The position numbers and the translations under genes are program-made. Below the pieces are notes generated by a model that ran no database searches, was not told the origin of the DNA, and saw only the letters and a list, made by a program, of their open reading frames with translations. Shown here one piece after another: positions 20,667 to 34,458 of a DNA stretch of 64,000 bases (position 1 is its first letter; each line of letters starts with the position of its first letter). Source of the stretch: Candidatus Marinacidobacterales bacterium (GTDB taxonomy: Bacteria; Acidobacteriota; Vicinamibacteria; Marinacidobacterales; DATDRI01); contig OZ245365.1 of NCBI GenBank assembly GCA_965226495.1, positions 4,512,001 to 4,576,000 on the forward strand, read 5' to 3'.

Positions 20667-22142
20667 TCAACCTCCATTAGTTCCTTCCGGGAAAAAGCGC
20701 CGTAGGGACTCGCTCGAAACAGGTAGTCCCAACGGCGTTAAGGTAAACATCAGCAGCCCGGAAATAAATAGTCCGGGCAAAATCGGGTGGACGACCTTGA
20801 CCCAAGACACACCCGCCAGAGTCAGTACCGTCCAAACCGCCGTCGTGACCCCTCCCCAGACGCAAGACGCTACCGCCGCTTGCCGGGAAACGCGGCGGCT
20901 CGTCAAGCCAACGAGGAGCGGAAAAAAGAAGCTAGCTCCCACGATGCCCAGGGCGTAGGCGACGAGCTCCAGTATTAGCGCAACATCCGGCACCGAGCCG
21001 AGGAACGCCAACCCGCCGACGACGACGATGGCATAGCGAGAGATGCGCAGGTAGTAGCGCTCGTCCTTGGCGATCCCACGCGGTTCATGCACGCATTTCC
21101 TTACGATGTCGTGGGCGATAGCTGCCCCCGACATCAAGAGCAACGAATCGGTGGTCGACATGATCGCGCACGCGACGCCGGTGAGAGCGATCGCCGCCAG
21201 GGCCGGAGTGAGCGTTTGGGCCACGAGTGCCGGGAACGCCTGGTCTGGAGTCGCGATCGAGTCCCAAACCAAGACTCGCGCTGCGGCTCCCAAGTAGACA
21301 CCGGTGAAAACGAGCAAACCCATGACGATCAAGGCCGTCCAAGGGAGGGCGCTCCGGGCGACTTTGTCATCGCGTGCGGCGAAAACCTTCGTGACCAACT
21401 CGAGTCGAGTGCTGTAGGCCACGAAGACCAAGATGTACCAGGAGAGCACAAAGGTCCAAGACCAGGTCACCCCGGTGGGTGAGGTCCATCCGGGAGCTAC
21501 CTCTTCGACCTTTCTGAGAACCTCGAACCATCCTCCTGCGGCACTGGAGACGCCGACCGCCACGACGATGAGACCCATCCACATCATCAGGAACTGCGCC
21601 GCGTTCGTCCAGACGATGGCCAGGAGACCACCCATGGCGACGTAGGACACGAAAATAACGGTCCCCAGTAGCTGTCCCCAGAGCACGTCGATGCCCAACA
21701 GTCTTTCGAGAATGAATCCCATGCCTCGGATCTGCGCGACCAGGTAAATCACGCTCGTGAGAGCCACGACGAAGGCGCTCCAGGCCCGAAGAAACCGGCT
21801 ATCGAAGCGATCTCCCATGTAGTCGGGCAGCGTGAAGCCACCCGCCTTTCGGAGCTTCTTTGCGAAAAAGAACAAAATGATCGCAAATCCCAGGGCGTAG
21901 GCGAAATTGGTGGTAATGGCTACTCCACCAATGTGCGCGGCGAACGCCAAGTGACTCATGATCGTACCGCCGTGCACCATCGCCGCCACGTTGGCCATGA
22001 CCATCATCGGAACGCCGAAACGACGCCCCGCAACCCAGAAGTCTTCGGACGTCTTCTGAAAGCGGAGCGAAACCAGGCCAATGACGACCATCACCGCTAG
22101 GTAGACGGCGAACACAATGGGGCCGATGGTGCCGAGCGGCAT
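20667..22142 (-). CDS. Sodium:solute symporter (SSS family)
   Basis: 491 aa, many TM helices. EDFWVAGR, TLPDYMGDRF, AIMSTTDSLLL motifs. Confidence 0.9.
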   Translation of the reverse strand: MPLGTIGPIVFAVYLAVMVVIGLVSLRFQKTSEDFWVAGRRFGVPMMVMANVAAMVHGGTIMSHLAFAAHIGGVAITTNFAYALGFAIILFFFAKKLRKAGGFTLPDYMGDRFDSRFLRAWSAFVVALTSVIYLVAQIRGMGFILERLLGIDVLWGQLLGTVIFVSYVAMGGLLAIVWTNAAQFLMMWMGLIVVAVGVSSAAGGWFEVLRKVEEVAPGWTSPTGVTWSWTFVLSWYILVFVAYSTRLELVTKVFAARDDKVARSALPWTALIVMGLLVFTGVYLGAAARVLVWDSIATPDQAFPALVAQTLTPALAAIALTGVACAIMSTTDSLLLMSGAAIAHDIVRKCVHEPRGIAKDERYYLRISRYAIVVVGGLAFLGSVPDVALILELVAYALGIVGASFFFPLLVGLTSRRVSRQAAVASCVWGGVTTAVWTVLTLAGVSWVKVVHPILPGLFISGLLMFTLTPLGLPVSSESLRRFFPEGTNGG

Positions 22143-22190
22143 GGATGTCCTCTCACCCGCGGCGGTCGCGAAACCCGCGGAGTTCGGGGG

Positions 22191-22694
22191 TTACATCTGG
22201 ACGTCTTTGGGGTCGACGTTCCAGACCGACAGCTCGAGCGTGATCCCGTTGGGGTCGGTCAACGTAATCGTGTCTAGGATCTCGTGGGAGATCGTGGTGT
22301 AGGCGATGCTTCGCTCCTTGAGGCGCTTTTCGGCCGCTTCATACTGTTCTCGGGTAATCGTGAGGGCCGCATGATGATATCCGCCTATTCCGACCTTGGC
22401 CGGCTCATTGACGTTATTGATACGCAAGAAAGCCAAGAGCTCGCCGCGGCCCATATCGAAAAAAACCTGGGTGGATTGGGGGTCGTTGTCCATCGCTCGC
22501 ACGCGCAGCATCTTCAAGCGGATGACCTGGGTATAGAACTCGATGGTCTTATCCATATCTCTGGTGATGAAGGCCAAATGATTGACCCCGGCGGCCTCGC
22601 TCTCGAACCCGGTGTAAGTGCTGTCCTTGTCCTTGATGTAGCGGGCGATGAGGTCTTCCCGCTCCTTCTCTGCTTCCTGCACACTCATTGACAT
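22191..22694 (-). CDS. VOC (glyoxalase/bleomycin-resistance) family protein
   Basis: VNHLAF...FYTQV, GYHHAAL, DPNGITLEL. Confidence 0.85.
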   Translation of the reverse strand: MSMSVQEAEKEREDLIARYIKDKDSTYTGFESEAAGVNHLAFITRDMDKTIEFYTQVIRLKMLRVRAMDNDPQSTQVFFDMGRGELLAFLRINNVNEPAKVGIGGYHHAALTITREQYEAAEKRLKERSIAYTTISHEILDTITLTDPNGITLELSVWNVDPKDVQM

Positions 22695-22842
22695 CCCGAA
22701 CCTCCCTGTAAACTCTGGCTCCCTGTAGACGACCCCAAGAAATAACACTTTGGCGGCGGATTGTGCAAGCGATTTTACCGAGAAGATCGCCCCCTAATGT
22801 GTTAAACCTTTCACATTCAGTTACGTGGAGAAAGGAACTTAG

Positions 22843-23244
22843 ATGAGCACGGAAAGACGATGGATAGGCAGTGGGGTCAAATCAGAGGAGATGTTCGGCT
22901 ACTCGCGGGCAACCCGGGTGGGCGACCGGATTCTAGTGTCCGCTACGGCGGCCTCTGGGCCGGACGGCATTGTGGCACGAGGCGATGCGGGTGGCCAGGC
23001 CCGTCATATTCTTCAAAAGATTGAAGAGGCGGTGAAAGAGCTGGGGGGGACGCGGGAGGACATCGTCTTCACACGCGTCTATCTGAAGAAGAAGGAAGAC
23101 CTGATGGCGGTCGCCCCGGTCCATGCGGAGTACTTCGGGGAGACCCGGCCGGCAAGCACGCTGGTGCTGACCGGATTCGTCGACGACGACTTCCTGCTCG
23201 AAATAGACGCGGAAGCGGTGATTGGGTCCGGTAAGGGATCTTAG
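22843..23244 (+). CDS. RidA/YjgF family protein
   Basis: GYSRATRVG, RPASTLV, LEIDAEA. Confidence 0.9.
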   Translation: MSTERRWIGSGVKSEEMFGYSRATRVGDRILVSATAASGPDGIVARGDAGGQARHILQKIEEAVKELGGTREDIVFTRVYLKKKEDLMAVAPVHAEYFGETRPASTLVLTGFVDDDFLLEIDAEAVIGSGKGS

Positions 23245-23304
23245 TCGACAAACAGGGAACGCCCTGTCCGGGAGGTGATTGCACCAAGTGGTAAGAGGTG
23301 CCCA

Positions 23305-23745
23305 TCACGGCGCGAGAAAGATCAGAACGTCCTCCGGTTTGACGGTCGGTGGCACCACTTGAGCAACCCCTTTATCGAATGTCGCTAGCCGACCCTGCTG
23401 ACGAAGAGTGAGTGCGACAAGGTGAGCATCGGTGACTTGCCGATGTCCGATGATCCGCTGGGCGGAAATGAAGTCCGAGTCGAGCAAAGAGGTGTCGTCG
23501 GACCAGAAGAAGTGGCTCCCCACTTCCGTCATTCTTCGAAGCAATAAGATGGATTCCCCCGGGGACTTGGCCTCCGGAATGATCTGACGATTGGATGAGA
23601 CCCGTACGAACCCGCTTTGTGTCACGGGACAGGTCGCCCAGCCCTCGGGTTGGTTCCTCTCGAACCATTTGAGGGCCGCCTCGTGGTGTATGTGATTCGG
23701 CCAGGCCAGGGCGACCAGGACATTAACATCAAGGAGTGTGATCAT
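23305..23745 (-). CDS. vapC: VapC PIN-domain ribonuclease toxin
   Basis: LLDVNVLVAL...QVTDAHL...LATFD. Confidence 0.9.
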   Translation of the reverse strand: MITLLDVNVLVALAWPNHIHHEAALKWFERNQPEGWATCPVTQSGFVRVSSNRQIIPEAKSPGESILLLRRMTEVGSHFFWSDDTSLLDSDFISAQRIIGHRQVTDAHLVALTLRQQGRLATFDKGVAQVVPPTVKPEDVLIFLAP

Positions 23746-23969
23746 CCGGAATCATCGAGAGCTTCACGCACCACCTCGGGAGTTATGGGCGGCGCCTCCT
23801 CCGAGACGTCGAATACGGGGAATCCACGGTGCGAGCGGCGCGGCATGGTGGGCCGCAAACCCTTCCGGGCAAGTTCGGAAAGCACTTCCCCCAGGGTCTT
23901 GTTCTGAGCTTCCGCCAGTCTGCGCGCGGATTGGAGGATATCCTCGTCGATGTTGAGCGTTGTCCTCAT
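23742..23969 (-). CDS. vapB: VapB-type (RHH) antitoxin
   Basis: MRTTLNIDEDIL...GEVLSELARKGL...ITPEVV; 4-nt overlap with the toxin. Confidence 0.85.
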   Translation of the reverse strand: MRTTLNIDEDILQSARRLAEAQNKTLGEVLSELARKGLRPTMPRRSHRGFPVFDVSEEAPPITPEVVREALDDSG

Positions 23970-24025
23970 ATGAGGATGGTACACGATGAGATGCTTGATG
24001 TCAAGATGCAGTGATGCAGTGATGC
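23963..24025 (-). promoter_or_regulatory. sigma70 promoter of vapBC (TTGACA-17-TACCAT), probably leaderless, with GCATC repeats as likely operator
   Basis: Minus strand TTGACA (24004-23999), 17-nt spacer, TACCAT (23981-23976), ATG 6 nt later. Palindrome tcctcatatgagga spans the start codon. Confidence 0.7.
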
Positions 24026-24071
24026 TCGACCGGGAACGAGCGCCCCCGATTTTCCAATGGGGGCCGGCCGG

Positions 24072-24587
24072 CTACTTATTCTCGTTCTGGTAAAGCCCAG
24101 CGTAGGTCTTCTCGGCGGGAGCATCGAGGCCAAAGAATACGAGCTGGATGATGCGGGCGTCCTTTTGGAGTCGCAGGCCGGCGGGATTCTCGACCACCAG
24201 CAGCGATCCGCTTCGGCCGGAGTAGCCGGAATCCCAAAGTGCGGTCTTCACGCTGGCGCCACTCCGAAGAACACTGGAACGGGTACGTGCTAACGCGAAG
24301 GCGTCGGGTGGAATGTTCACTACCTCGTTATAGACCACCCAGTACAAGCCACGCTCTAGGTGCCACCACCCGTCCGCGTTGGGCTCGATGGCTTTCGTAT
24401 CGGGGGTGCGTCGATTCGAGTTGTCGAAATCGATGGCGCCCGGCTGATCATCGAATGCCGCAACCTCCCGAAGAGTGAAGTCGACGCCGTTCATTTGGAT
24501 TTGAGTCTCCGGATCCCGGAGATTCTCGATGAGCGGCGGGGACGCCTGAAGTCGATTGGTTAGTTCTTGACCGTGGATTAGTTTCAC
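24072..24587 (-). CDS. dut: Trimeric dUTPase / dCTP-deaminase-fold protein (archaeal-like dUTPase)
   Basis: QMNGVDFTL, RSSVLRSG, WDSGYSGR, YAGLYQ. Confidence 0.7.
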   Translation of the reverse strand: MKLIHGQELTNRLQASPPLIENLRDPETQIQMNGVDFTLREVAAFDDQPGAIDFDNSNRRTPDTKAIEPNADGWWHLERGLYWVVYNEVVNIPPDAFALARTRSSVLRSGASVKTALWDSGYSGRSGSLLVVENPAGLRLQKDARIIQLVFFGLDAPAEKTYAGLYQNENK

Positions 24588-24594
24588 GGGCCGC

Positions 24595-25149
24595 CTAAAG
24601 CCTCGGCAGCGTTATGTCCTGCTGCCCCTGATACTTCCCAATCTTATCCTTGTAGGAGCGCTCGCAGACTTCGTCGCTCTCGAAGAACAAGACCTGTGCA
24701 ATGCCCTCGTTGGCGTAGATGCGACACGGGAGCGGTGTGGTGTTGGAGATTTCGAGAGTCGCGTTCCCTTCCCATTCGGCGTCGAAACCGGTGACATTAA
24801 TAATGATCCCGCAGCGGGCGTAGGTGGACTTACCGATGGTGAGCCCGTACACGTTCCGCGGTATCCGAAAGTCCTCGACCGTGCGTGAAAGCGCAAACGA
24901 GTTGGGCGGAATGGTGCAGACATCTCCCTTGTAGTCCACAAAACTCTTGGGGTCGAAGTTCTTGGGATCGACGACGGCTGTGTTGACGTTGGTGAAGATC
25001 TTGAACTCGTCGGCCACACGGATGTCGTAACCATAGGCGGAGAGGCCGTAAGAGATGACTCCCTCACGCACCGAGTGATCGACGAACGGGTCGATCATCT
25101 TGTGCTCCAACGCCATTTTCCTGATCCAGTGATCGGGCTTGATAGCCAT
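24595..25149 (-). CDS. dcd: dCTP deaminase
   Basis: [35 protein letters not shown]. Confidence 0.95.
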   Translation of the reverse strand: MAIKPDHWIRKMALEHKMIDPFVDHSVREGVISYGLSAYGYDIRVADEFKIFTNVNTAVVDPKNFDPKSFVDYKGDVCTIPPNSFALSRTVEDFRIPRNVYGLTIGKSTYARCGIIINVTGFDAEWEGNATLEISNTTPLPCRIYANEGIAQVLFFESDEVCERSYKDKIGKYQGQQDITLPRL

Positions 25150-25187
25150 GCCTTACCCCCGGGGGATTCTATCTCCTAAAGAGCCGA

Positions 25188-25607
25188 TTAACGAGGGTGG
25201 ATCTCCAACGCGTTGAAGAAGTATGGGATCTCGATGGCGGCCGACTCGGATGAGTCGGAACCGTGAATGATGTTGGCTTCGATCCCGGTCGCGAACTCCT
25301 TACGAATCGTACCCTCGTCCGCCTTAGCCGGATCGGTCGCGCCCATCACATCGCGAAGGTGAACGATGGCGTTGTCTCGTTCGAGAACCAGAACAATGGA
25401 AGGTCCCGAAGACATGAACTCTGTTAGGCTCGCAAAGAAGGGCCGTTCGCGATGAATGGCGTAGAATCCTTCCGCCTCCTTGTTGCTCATGTGGACGAGT
25501 TTCATGCCGAGGATAGTGAACCCCTCGGCTTCGAGCCTGGCGAGCACTTTTCCCGCCACGCCTTGGCGCACGCCGTCAGGTTTGATGATGGAAAATGTTC
25601 TTTGCAT
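25188..25607 (-). CDS. ndk: Nucleoside-diphosphate kinase
   Basis: [22 protein letters not shown]. Confidence 0.97.
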   Translation of the reverse strand: MQRTFSIIKPDGVRQGVAGKVLARLEAEGFTILGMKLVHMSNKEAEGFYAIHRERPFFASLTEFMSSGPSIVLVLERDNAIVHLRDVMGATDPAKADEGTIRKEFATGIEANIIHGSDSSESAAIEIPYFFNALEIHPR

Positions 25608-25609
25608 GA

Positions 25610-26478
25610 TTATTTGTTGAGCACGCGTTCTATGGTCTCGCCGATCGCGGCCGGGCTCTTGATAACGGCGACGCCGGCCTCCTCGAGCGCCGCCATCTTG
25701 TCGGCCGCGGTGCCCTTCCCTCCCATAATGATGGCTCCGGCGTGGCCCATGCGTCTGCCCGGCGGAGCGGTCTGTCCGGCAATGAACGATACGACCGGTT
25801 TCGTAACCGACTTCTTGATGTACTCGGCGGCGGTTTCTTCGGCGTTCCCCCCGATCTCACCGATCATCACCACCGCATCGGTCTCAGGGTCGTTCTCGAA
25901 GAGCTCCAGCGCGTCGACGAAGTTGGTGCCGTTCACCGGATCGCCACCGATGCCGATACAGGTCGACTGGCCGATGCCCCGCTCGGTCAGCTGATGCACG
26001 GCTTCGTAGGTCAGCGTTCCGCTGCGCGAGACACAACCGACGCGGCCTTCCTTGTGGATGTGCCCGGGCATGATCCCGATCTTCGCCTTTCCGGGTGAGA
26101 TGATTCCGGGGCAGTTGGGACCGATGAGCCGCGAGCCGCTTCCCGGGACGACGCGCATCACTTCGACCATGTCGAGCGTCGGGATGCCCTCGGTGATACA
26201 GATGACCAAGGCAATTCCAGCGTCTACCGCCTCCAGGATGGCGTCGGCGGCAAAGGGAGGAGGAACGAAGATGACCGAAGCATTGGCCCCGGTCTCGGAA
26301 ACGGCGTGGGCAACGGTGTTGAAGACCGGAACGCCCTCGGTGGTTGTCCCACCTTTTCCCGGCGTGACGCCGGCCACCACATTGGTCCCGTAGTCGATGG
26401 CACCGCGCGCGTGGAACTGGCCTTCCTTACCGGTGATGCCCTGGACGAGAAGTCGAGTGTCGCGATCGACGAGAACGC

Positions 26479-26482
<4 letters not shown>
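25610..26482 (-). CDS. sucD: Succinyl-CoA synthetase alpha subunit
   Basis: [28 protein letters not shown]. Confidence 0.97.
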
Positions 26483-29983
<3,501 letters not shown>

Positions 29984-30121
29984 AACACTCCTGTTCTGAT
30001 TGGTTTCGAGTTGGGCGCGGGGCGGAAAATCGGCCGAAATACCCCGTAAAACGCAGTGCTCAGCTCTTCAAAAGGGCTTTCAGTGAAACACATCCGGGAG
30101 GGGAAAATCAACCCAAGTTAT

Positions 30122-30218
30122 ACCCTCTCCCCTTTGGGGAGAGGGTAGGGTGAGGGGTTAATTGGAGACTCTTAGTCCTTTATCCCTCTCCCCTTTGGGG
30201 AGAGGGTAGGGTGAGGGG
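30122..30218. repeat. Two tandem REP-like elements
   Basis: ccctctcccctttggggagagggtagggtgagggg at 30123-30157 and 30184-30218. Confidence 0.85.
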
Positions 30219-30245
30219 CCAAGTGAAGCCTCTCAATCCCTTCTA

Positions 30246-31388
30246 CTACCGCCCCAGACGTAGGGGCGCCGACAGCCGATGGTTGCCCCACCAGGCGGCC
30301 AACATCGCTTGGCTACTGTCTTCCTCGTCGGGGTAGATCTCGATGGCCATGAGCTCGTTCGTGCTCTCGGTCAGCTCGTGCGTCAGTTTCACTCGCCTGC
30401 CACCGGTCGTCTCGAACGCCATGACCGGGTCGAGCTGCAGCGCCCGCACGGGGGCGGGATCCAGCACCAGTAAGTACCAATCGTCATTGTCAGGCGAGTC
30501 CGCGGGCCGTTCGACGACCAGGTAGTAGTCTCCCGGCTCGATGGCAACGTCGCCCAGGACCAAGGGAGTGTTCGTATCCAACGTCGTCCACCAGTTGCGG
30601 CCGAATCGCCACCTCTTCCCTTTCGTCATCGCGTCGAACTGCTCGACGTACTCTGGCTTCCATTCGGGCTGTCCGTAGGCGACGGTGACCAGGCCGTCGT
30701 CATGGATGAGGCGCGACATCTTTCTGGGCGCTTCGAGGCCGAGCGCTTCGACGTCTTTGCCCGTGGTCTCCGGTTCGGCGAGCAGATCGACCGTCCAGTC
30801 ATGAAGGCCCCAGCGGATCCGGAGATCGACTAATCCCGGAGGCGTGTCGGCGGTGGGAAACTGGATCATCAGCTTGTCAGCCGCTTCTTCCAGGGGCGCG
30901 TGTTTTAGGGCGGCACGATGCCCGCCCGTCGTTTCGTTGACCTGACTGATGTCGAGACCCGCGGCGCGAACTTCGGCCGACTCGAGAAGTATGAGGTCGA
31001 AGCCGTCGTCTGCAGATCGCTCCATGACCAAGTAGAACTTCCCGGGTGAAAGCTTCGCATCGCCCACCGTCAGATCAGAATTGATGTCGAGAGTCGTCCA
31101 GAAGTCGCGGCCGAGCGCCCATCGTTCGCCCGGATTGAGCGCGTCGAGCTCGGCTTGTGCCGCTTCACTCCATTCCGGCTGGCCGTACTGGACGGCGGGC
31201 TCGGCGAGGTCGCGATGCCGTGGGTCCCTGCCCTCCAACGCCTTATCGAAGTACCCGGCGCGAACGTCGAAACGCGGCACGGTGTCGGCTCGAGGCTTGG
31301 CGTCGGCGACTTCGTCTGCGGGTTCCGGCGGCGTGGTGCATGCAAACAAGAACAAGAGTCCGATGGCGAGTCCACTTTTTTTCTTCAA
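30246..31388 (-). CDS. Lipoprotein with two DUF2911-like domains
   Basis: Lipobox LFAC. Duplicated YGQPEW...W(A/R)(L/F)GR(D/N)(F/W)WTTLD.N module. Confidence 0.7.
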   Translation of the reverse strand: MKKKSGLAIGLLFLFACTTPPEPADEVADAKPRADTVPRFDVRAGYFDKALEGRDPRHRDLAEPAVQYGQPEWSEAAQAELDALNPGERWALGRDFWTTLDINSDLTVGDAKLSPGKFYLVMERSADDGFDLILLESAEVRAAGLDISQVNETTGGHRAALKHAPLEEAADKLMIQFPTADTPPGLVDLRIRWGLHDWTVDLLAEPETTGKDVEALGLEAPRKMSRLIHDDGLVTVAYGQPEWKPEYVEQFDAMTKGKRWRFGRNWWTTLDTNTPLVLGDVAIEPGDYYLVVERPADSPDNDDWYLLVLDPAPVRALQLDPVMAFETTGGRRVKLTHELTESTNELMAIEIYPDEEDSSQAMLAAWWGNHRLSAPLRLGR

Positions 31389-31413
31389 CGAGCCCTCCTG
31401 ACAGCAGGCCGGT

Positions 31414-34323
31414 CTATTCGGTGGGGACGAGGCGTTTCAACTCCTCGAACCAGTTCAGAATAACGACAAGCTCGGTAGGATCTGATTCTTCCCCGGCCAC
31501 GGGTTTGATCATCAAGAATCGCCCGTCGGTTCCGACGTCATAAGTCGGTGCAGAAACCTGGTAATCGTGTGAATAGGGCCCTTCAAGCACCACCTCCGGC
31601 GGCCCGAACGTAAGGGTGGGCTCGGTGGAAACCTTGACCGCCATCATCCTGTTGTCACCGTCTTCTACGTAATAGAGCTCCCGGTCCCCCGGCCCCCAAA
31701 CCGGCTCAAGTCCGCCCTTGGTCGAAACCCGCACCGGTGCGCCCGAGCCGGAAAATGGCCGCACAAAGACCTCGAACGGCCCCGACAAGTTCGAAACATG
31801 CGCCAACCAACGACCGTCTGACGAAACCGCACTCAACCCTTCGACAGCTTTCGTTTGAACCAGGATACGAGGTTCCCGCTCGCCGTTGATCGAGATAGCC
31901 ATCATGTCGGCGGTGGTGCCCGGACTAAACTGGTCGAATACAAGCTCTTCGGTTTGGGGCGCCCAAGCGCGGGTCCACTTACCGAGGGAGTTTGACAAAA
32001 GTAGCTCTGGTTCCAGGCGGCTTCCATCGGCGGGGATCGAATAGAGCTCCCGGGCGCCCGTCCTTTGCGAGGAAAACGCCAGCTCGGTGCCGTCCAAGAT
32101 CCAAACGGGTCGATCGTTGGTTCCATCGAACGTCAAACGCGTTGGAGGACGGTTATCCAAGTAGTACACCCAGAGGTCGCCGAGCTGAGGGTCATCCTGA
32201 CCGGCAACGAGAGCCAACCGCCGCCCGTCGGGTGAAAGTCGGATATGCCTCGGATTTTCGAGAGGCTCTTTCACTAGCGGGGTCTCTCGCCCGTCACGTT
32301 CGACCCACACCAACGTCGCCAGCGTTTTTGGGACTGGAAGATACGCGATGGATCCGTCCGTTGATAAGGCGAAACTCCCAGTTCCGCGAGGTCTTCGTGT
32401 CCGATTAAACCCGAGCAACGACGTGCCGCTGATCCCGTCAATCACCGGCGCGGAGGAACCCGTCGTCTTTAAGTTTTCAAGGTCGAATGGCGCTGCCATA
32501 AGGGTTTCCCCTACCAAATAGAGCAAATGACCGGAAGGCGCGTAGCGGGGAGAGTAACCTCCTTCGAGCACGGTGTGGTATTCGCCAGACTCCAGTGAGA
32601 GGACCGCGATGCGGTTAGGTGCGGCGCCCGTCGTGCCCCCAATCGAGAAGAGGAGCGCATTGCGATTGGGTAGTACCTCGGGCCAGGCGTGCCCCCCCTC
32701 ATCGTTTGCCGAGTCGGGGATGGTAAGCGCCTTTGGCGCCCCGCCGCTGGCGGGCACCTGGAATAGACCAAACTGACCACGTTCGCCAGGAGCAGCAAAG
32801 ATGATGGTATTGTCGGTGCTCCAGGACGCCCCCAAAACAACTCCTCCCGTTTGATATAAGGTCGTCACCTGACCCCCGAGGACAGGCACCTTTTTCAGCT
32901 TCCCTCCGGGCACTTCGAGAAACCCGACCCACTCGCCGTCGGGGGAGAAGAACGGGCTAGTAGCATTTGTCGTTCCCGGTAGCGGCGTGGCGTCGAGTTG
33001 ATCGAGGGGGCGGAGGTAGAGCTGGCGTTGATCGCCAGCCACCGCGGTGTAGACGAGACGTGATCCATCTGGCGACAATGCGAGGGTGCCGGGGTTGCCA
33101 AGCCACCCGGCAAGCGGTGCCTCGGCAGGCAAGGTGATCGATAGTCGACGGGTGGGCTCGGGAGAGTGCGGCTCCATTAGCGCCCAAACAGCGATTCCCG
33201 CTAGCAACGCAGCGGCGATCCCCGTCGCGATTGCCGGGATGAGCCGGGACTTCGTTTCTCCAGATGGGAGCACTGTCGGGCTCGAGGCTTCCCCAAAGAT
33301 CCATTTCAGCTGCGCCATCACATTGGATGCCGACTGCCAACGCTCGTCCGGGTCCTTCGCGAGACACATCCGGATCACGTGATCCACCGCAGGCGGTGCG
33401 CTAGATATGGACGGAGGTTCGTCTTTGAGAATCGCTCCAATCAGACTCGCCTGGCTCTTTCCTTCGAACGCTCGTTGCCCCGTCACCATCTCGTAAAGCA
33501 CGGAGCCGAAAGCGAAGATGTCGGTGCGAGCGTCGGCCTTCTTTCCCTCCACTTGCTCCGGGGCCATGTACTGTAACGTGCCGATAATCGCTCCTTCTCG
33601 CGTCATCTTCGTCACGGTGGCCGCGTCAGGATCGCGCTTGGAAGGCTCGGGCATCAGCTTTGCCAAGCCGAAATCCAGAAGTTTCGCTCCGGATTTCGTG
33701 AGCATGATGTTGCCGGGCTTTAGGTCTCGGTGCACCACGCCGTTACGGTGCGCCTTGTCGAGCGCGTCCGCGATCTCGATTCCATGTTGGAGTGCTTGGT
33801 CCAAGGGAAGCGCGCCTTTGCCAAGTCGTTCGGCCAGCGTCTCCCCCTCGATGTACTCCATCACCAAGAAGTCGACACCGTTTTCTTGGCCGACGTCGTA
33901 GAGTGTGCAGATGTGGGGGTGGTTCAGTTGGGAGATCGTGCGGGCCTCACGCTCGAAGCGTGCGCGGACGTCGCGATTACTGGCTACGTGTGAGGGAAGA
34001 ACTTTGATAGCAACACTGCGATCGAGTCGCGTGTCGGTGGCTTGGTAGACCTGACCCATCCCGCCCGCGCCAATGAGGCGAACGAGCTTGTAGTGGCCGA
34101 GCTCGGTTCCGGGAGAGAGTTCCATGCTATTCACCAACGGTGCGCGGTCGAGAAAGCCGTTCGCTTCTGCTTGTTCATGGTTCGCCAGCAACTCTTCCAC
34201 CCGCGCTCGCAGCGCATCTTGTCCTGAACACGCTTCGTCCAAGAATGCCGCTCGCTCCTCGGGAGCGAGCCCGAGCGCGGCCTCGAAAAGCTCTCCGATC
34301 CGCTCCCAGGAATCCGGCTTCAA
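31414..34323 (-). CDS. Ser/Thr kinase with N-terminal helical (ECF-partner-type) extension, TM and beta-propeller
   Basis: TTG start, WERIGELFEAAL...RAAFLDEAC...VEELL extension, intact kinase motifs, propeller related to array genes 5/6. Confidence 0.93.
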   Translation of the reverse strand: MKPDSWERIGELFEAALGLAPEERAAFLDEACSGQDALRARVEELLANHEQAEANGFLDRAPLVNSMELSPGTELGHYKLVRLIGAGGMGQVYQATDTRLDRSVAIKVLPSHVASNRDVRARFEREARTISQLNHPHICTLYDVGQENGVDFLVMEYIEGETLAERLGKGALPLDQALQHGIEIADALDKAHRNGVVHRDLKPGNIMLTKSGAKLLDFGLAKLMPEPSKRDPDAATVTKMTREGAIIGTLQYMAPEQVEGKKADARTDIFAFGSVLYEMVTGQRAFEGKSQASLIGAILKDEPPSISSAPPAVDHVIRMCLAKDPDERWQSASNVMAQLKWIFGEASSPTVLPSGETKSRLIPAIATGIAAALLAGIAVWALMEPHSPEPTRRLSITLPAEAPLAGWLGNPGTLALSPDGSRLVYTAVAGDQRQLYLRPLDQLDATPLPGTTNATSPFFSPDGEWVGFLEVPGGKLKKVPVLGGQVTTLYQTGGVVLGASWSTDNTIIFAAPGERGQFGLFQVPASGGAPKALTIPDSANDEGGHAWPEVLPNRNALLFSIGGTTGAAPNRIAVLSLESGEYHTVLEGGYSPRYAPSGHLLYLVGETLMAAPFDLENLKTTGSSAPVIDGISGTSLLGFNRTRRPRGTGSFALSTDGSIAYLPVPKTLATLVWVERDGRETPLVKEPLENPRHIRLSPDGRRLALVAGQDDPQLGDLWVYYLDNRPPTRLTFDGTNDRPVWILDGTELAFSSQRTGARELYSIPADGSRLEPELLLSNSLGKWTRAWAPQTEELVFDQFSPGTTADMMAISINGEREPRILVQTKAVEGLSAVSSDGRWLAHVSNLSGPFEVFVRPFSGSGAPVRVSTKGGLEPVWGPGDRELYYVEDGDNRMMAVKVSTEPTLTFGPPEVVLEGPYSHDYQVSAPTYDVGTDGRFLMIKPVAGEESDPTELVVILNWFEELKRLVPTE

Positions 34324-34362
34324 GTAATGTACCTCTCGACTTCAAGGTAGAACCAGACACGG
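34320..34362 (-). pseudogene. Vestigial 3' end of an ECF sigma gene
   Basis: RVWFYLEVERYIT* aligns with the end of the intact ECF ([13 protein letters not shown]) and has the same TTGA stop/start overlap with the kinase. Confidence 0.7.
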
Positions 34363-34416
34363 GGGAAAAGCGATTTCCATTTGGAGATGGAGCAACATGC
34401 CAGCCCTCCTGCCCGA

Positions 34417-34457
34417 GAAAATAGCGGTACACGAGCCGAAAAGTCAATCCGTCGCTG
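34417..34457 (-). promoter_or_regulatory. Copy of conserved kinase promoter
   Basis: Reverse complement cagcgacggaTTGACTtttcggctcgtgtaccgcTATTTTc. Confidence 0.65.
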
Positions 34458-34458
34458 G

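Noticed and set aside
19400-24060. Integron cassette array (small genes plus TA modules)
   Set aside because: Mixed gene orientations, no repeated attC-like sites and no integron integrase.
30122-30218. Mini CRISPR array
   Set aside because: Only two units, identical to the dispersed REP-like family, and no cas genes.
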